IMG/VR virus record: IMGVR_UViG_3300028840_005768
Span: 987-64,986 of that record
DNA: 64,000 nucleotides
Source: a virus
Strand: one strand, 5' to 3'
The position numbers and the translations under genes are program-made. Each line of letters begins with the position of its first letter. The first letter of the stretch is position 1. The notes beneath the pieces are model-generated. The model saw only the letters and a program-made list of their open reading frames with translations, searched no databases and was not told the origin of the DNA. Shown here one piece after another: positions 62,222-64,000 of this stretch.

Positions 62222-63949
62222 TTACGAACCCTTCAAGAACGCAGTTCCTGCCCCCATCTTCCCGCCGTCGCCATCGTAGCGGAAGTCGAACTCCTTCCCG
62301 TCAGGCTGCTCCGAATTGCCGAACTGGGCATTGTCTCCATCCACCACAAGTTTCTTCGCCTGGTTCACCTTCTTGAAGAAACTAGCCAGTGGCGCACTGG
62401 CATCATTGTTCTGGGAATCCACGACCATGGTGTCATGTAAATCGATCGTGAACGGCTTTCCAGCGGGCAATCCCAGCAACTCCGGCGGCTCGAGCGGATC
62501 AACATAGTTGAGCGTCAAGTCCGGGTCAGGCGCCTCAGCGACCACCAGCTCCGCGTAGGTCGACGTGAGAATGACGTTCTGAGGCGTGAAGTCCAAGTCG
62601 CTTGGTGAACGATCGCCCCAGTCGGCGTGGCCTTTGAACAAGACATTCGGCCCGCCGACCCAGACGACGCCACTGCCCCAATCCGACAAGTCCGTGAACC
62701 CGATTGGCAGCTGACCTGTGGCATTCTGGCCGATACCGTCGCCCCCTGCCAACCCTGCTTCCTGCTCCTCCGTTGTCGGAAACTCCCAATCCGCGCTCAC
62801 CTGGCTCGGCCAGAAGAACTTATACGCCTCCATGGTCCCCGCCTTCACTGGTGTCCGCACGATGAAGTCGATCGTCTGATTCGCCGAATTGTAGTTTGCC
62901 TGCTCGACGATGGTCTTGACCGAACTGGTCGCCACGTACGCCTGGGACCCGAAATCCAGAGTCACCGTGTCGAACGTCTCAAGATTCAGCTTCTGGAGGA
63001 ACGTCGTGAAGCGAACCTTCTTCCACGTATTGCTCAATCGAATCAGCCAGAATGTCGCGACCTTCAACACGATGTCCGGCTGATTGAAGCAATAGAAGTC
63101 AAACTCGCGCTGTTGAGTCCCGTACTTTTTCACGTTGTGGCGCAAGATGAGCTTGTTCGGGTCCTCCGCCCAACTGATCCTCCAACTGACCACCATCTTG
63201 GTCACCAAGTCTTCCGTAGGCGTCAGCTCCACGGCCACCCCGGCCTCCGCATCAACGTCGCTGACCGTGATCGTGCTGTCGCTAGCCGGCTCTTCGGGAA
63301 GATACTTTATGTGGAAGACGCCGTTAGAAATCCACAACGCACATCGCGCCTGGAACGCGATTTCCTGCAGCACCTCGAGAGTGTTCTTCCTGTTGAGAAT
63401 CGGAAAGTTCATCGGGAACGAAGTCAGCTTCGACTTGACTGCATTGAAGGTCGTGGTGTCAAAGCTGAGATCCGTGTAGTTGTTGATGATGTGCTCAAGG
63501 ATATCGACCGTGTTTGGGCCGACGTCCGACTCGAACGTCACGTAGAGATCATCACTCCAGCCCTGGCCCTCAATCGCACTCAACGGGCGGCTGAGAACAA
63601 CCTGAACAGCCGTAATCGGGCCATAGTTCTTGGTCTCCACACGCCACAAGTCAGTCGGTACGTTGACAAGACGCCGCTCGCCACCTTCAAACGTCTTGTA
63701 AGCCTTCACTGCCAGCACGGTCCCCGGGATAATAGAGACCACATACGTGATCTCTTCATCACCGTAGATCGTCACCCGGGCGCCGGCATCAATCCACAAC
63801 TGCTCAGCAACGTGATCCTGGTTGGGGCGAGATTTATCCACCTCCGTAGGAATGATGTAGCCGTGATTCCGACACCGGCAACTGTTCTCTTGTGCAGAAT
63901 AACCACAAGGTACTTCAATTGAGAAATCAAAGCTCTGCAATTGGGGCAC
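62222..63949 (-). CDS. phage tail/baseplate hub-like protein (may extend beyond the window)
   Basis: N.LE.L..IAFQAR.ALW.SNG.F.IKYL..., LT..EDLVTK..V.W, ..LNLETFD.V.L. Confidence 0.7.
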   Translation of the reverse strand: MPQLQSFDFSIEVPCGYSAQENSCRCRNHGYIIPTEVDKSRPNQDHVAEQLWIDAGARVTIYGDEEITYVVSIIPGTVLAVKAYKTFEGGERRLVNVPTDLWRVETKNYGPITAVQVVLSRPLSAIEGQGWSDDLYVTFESDVGPNTVDILEHIINNYTDLSFDTTTFNAVKSKLTSFPMNFPILNRKNTLEVLQEIAFQARCALWISNGVFHIKYLPEEPASDSTITVSDVDAEAGVAVELTPTEDLVTKMVVSWRISWAEDPNKLILRHNVKKYGTQQREFDFYCFNQPDIVLKVATFWLIRLSNTWKKVRFTTFLQKLNLETFDTVTLDFGSQAYVATSSVKTIVEQANYNSANQTIDFIVRTPVKAGTMEAYKFFWPSQVSADWEFPTTEEQEAGLAGGDGIGQNATGQLPIGFTDLSDWGSGVVWVGGPNVLFKGHADWGDRSPSDLDFTPQNVILTSTYAELVVAEAPDPDLTLNYVDPLEPPELLGLPAGKPFTIDLHDTMVVDSQNNDASAPLASFFKKVNQAKKLVVDGDNAQFGNSEQPDGKEFDFRYDGDGGKMGAGTAFLKGS

Positions 63950-64000
63950 ACTTGCACATTGCTGCAGCAGCGCTGCATTATATCGATCTTCCGCCTTCTG

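Noticed and set aside
1-64000. Self-targets of the decoded guides within this window
   Set aside because: None noticed by eye or in ORF translations, but I could not run an exhaustive gapped search, so this is unresolved rather than excluded.
1-64000. Retron, DGR, group I/II intron or IS element
   Set aside because: No reverse transcriptase, transposase, TR/VR pair or split conserved gene was recognised.

Overview
64-kb segment of a large tailed temperate phage, most likely infecting Planctomycetota. The host call is inferred from the integrase/excisionase type and two small planctomycete-like genes at 17.8-18.8 kb, recognised from memory and not searched. Almost all genes are on the - strand. 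The exceptions are a + strand early cassette at 0.1-3.1 kb, the integrase, and one membrane-protein gene next to it. From right to left the window carries a tail gene, a replication module (AEP primase-NTPase, dNMP kinase, DnaQ, two ParB-like proteins, SNF2 helicase, PolA, DNA ligase, sigma factors), nucleotide and RNA metabolism genes (RNA ligase, SufS, radical SAM, MazG, methyltransferase), an int/xis/attP-like locus, and early accessory genes under strong sigma70 promoters. It also encodes a full tmRNA, tRNA-Thr(UGU) and tRNA-Asn(GUU). The standout is at 38.85-40.28 kb. There a stand-alone 195-aa RAMP/Cas7-like gene is followed directly by an array of five 68-74-nt double-hairpin repeats. 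These separate six tracts built from 5-nt units (fixed RTY trimer, mostly GTC, plus a variable dinucleotide), a candidate programmable RNA-guided system with a non-contiguous code. Other notable items are a deleted, G6-frameshifted capsid-like paralog in the early region, a circularly permuted GHKL ATPase, a Spo11/TopoVI-A-like protein, a tmRNA overlapped by its upstream ORF, and three recurring promoter/operator motif classes. No database searches could be run, so all family calls rest on motif recognition.
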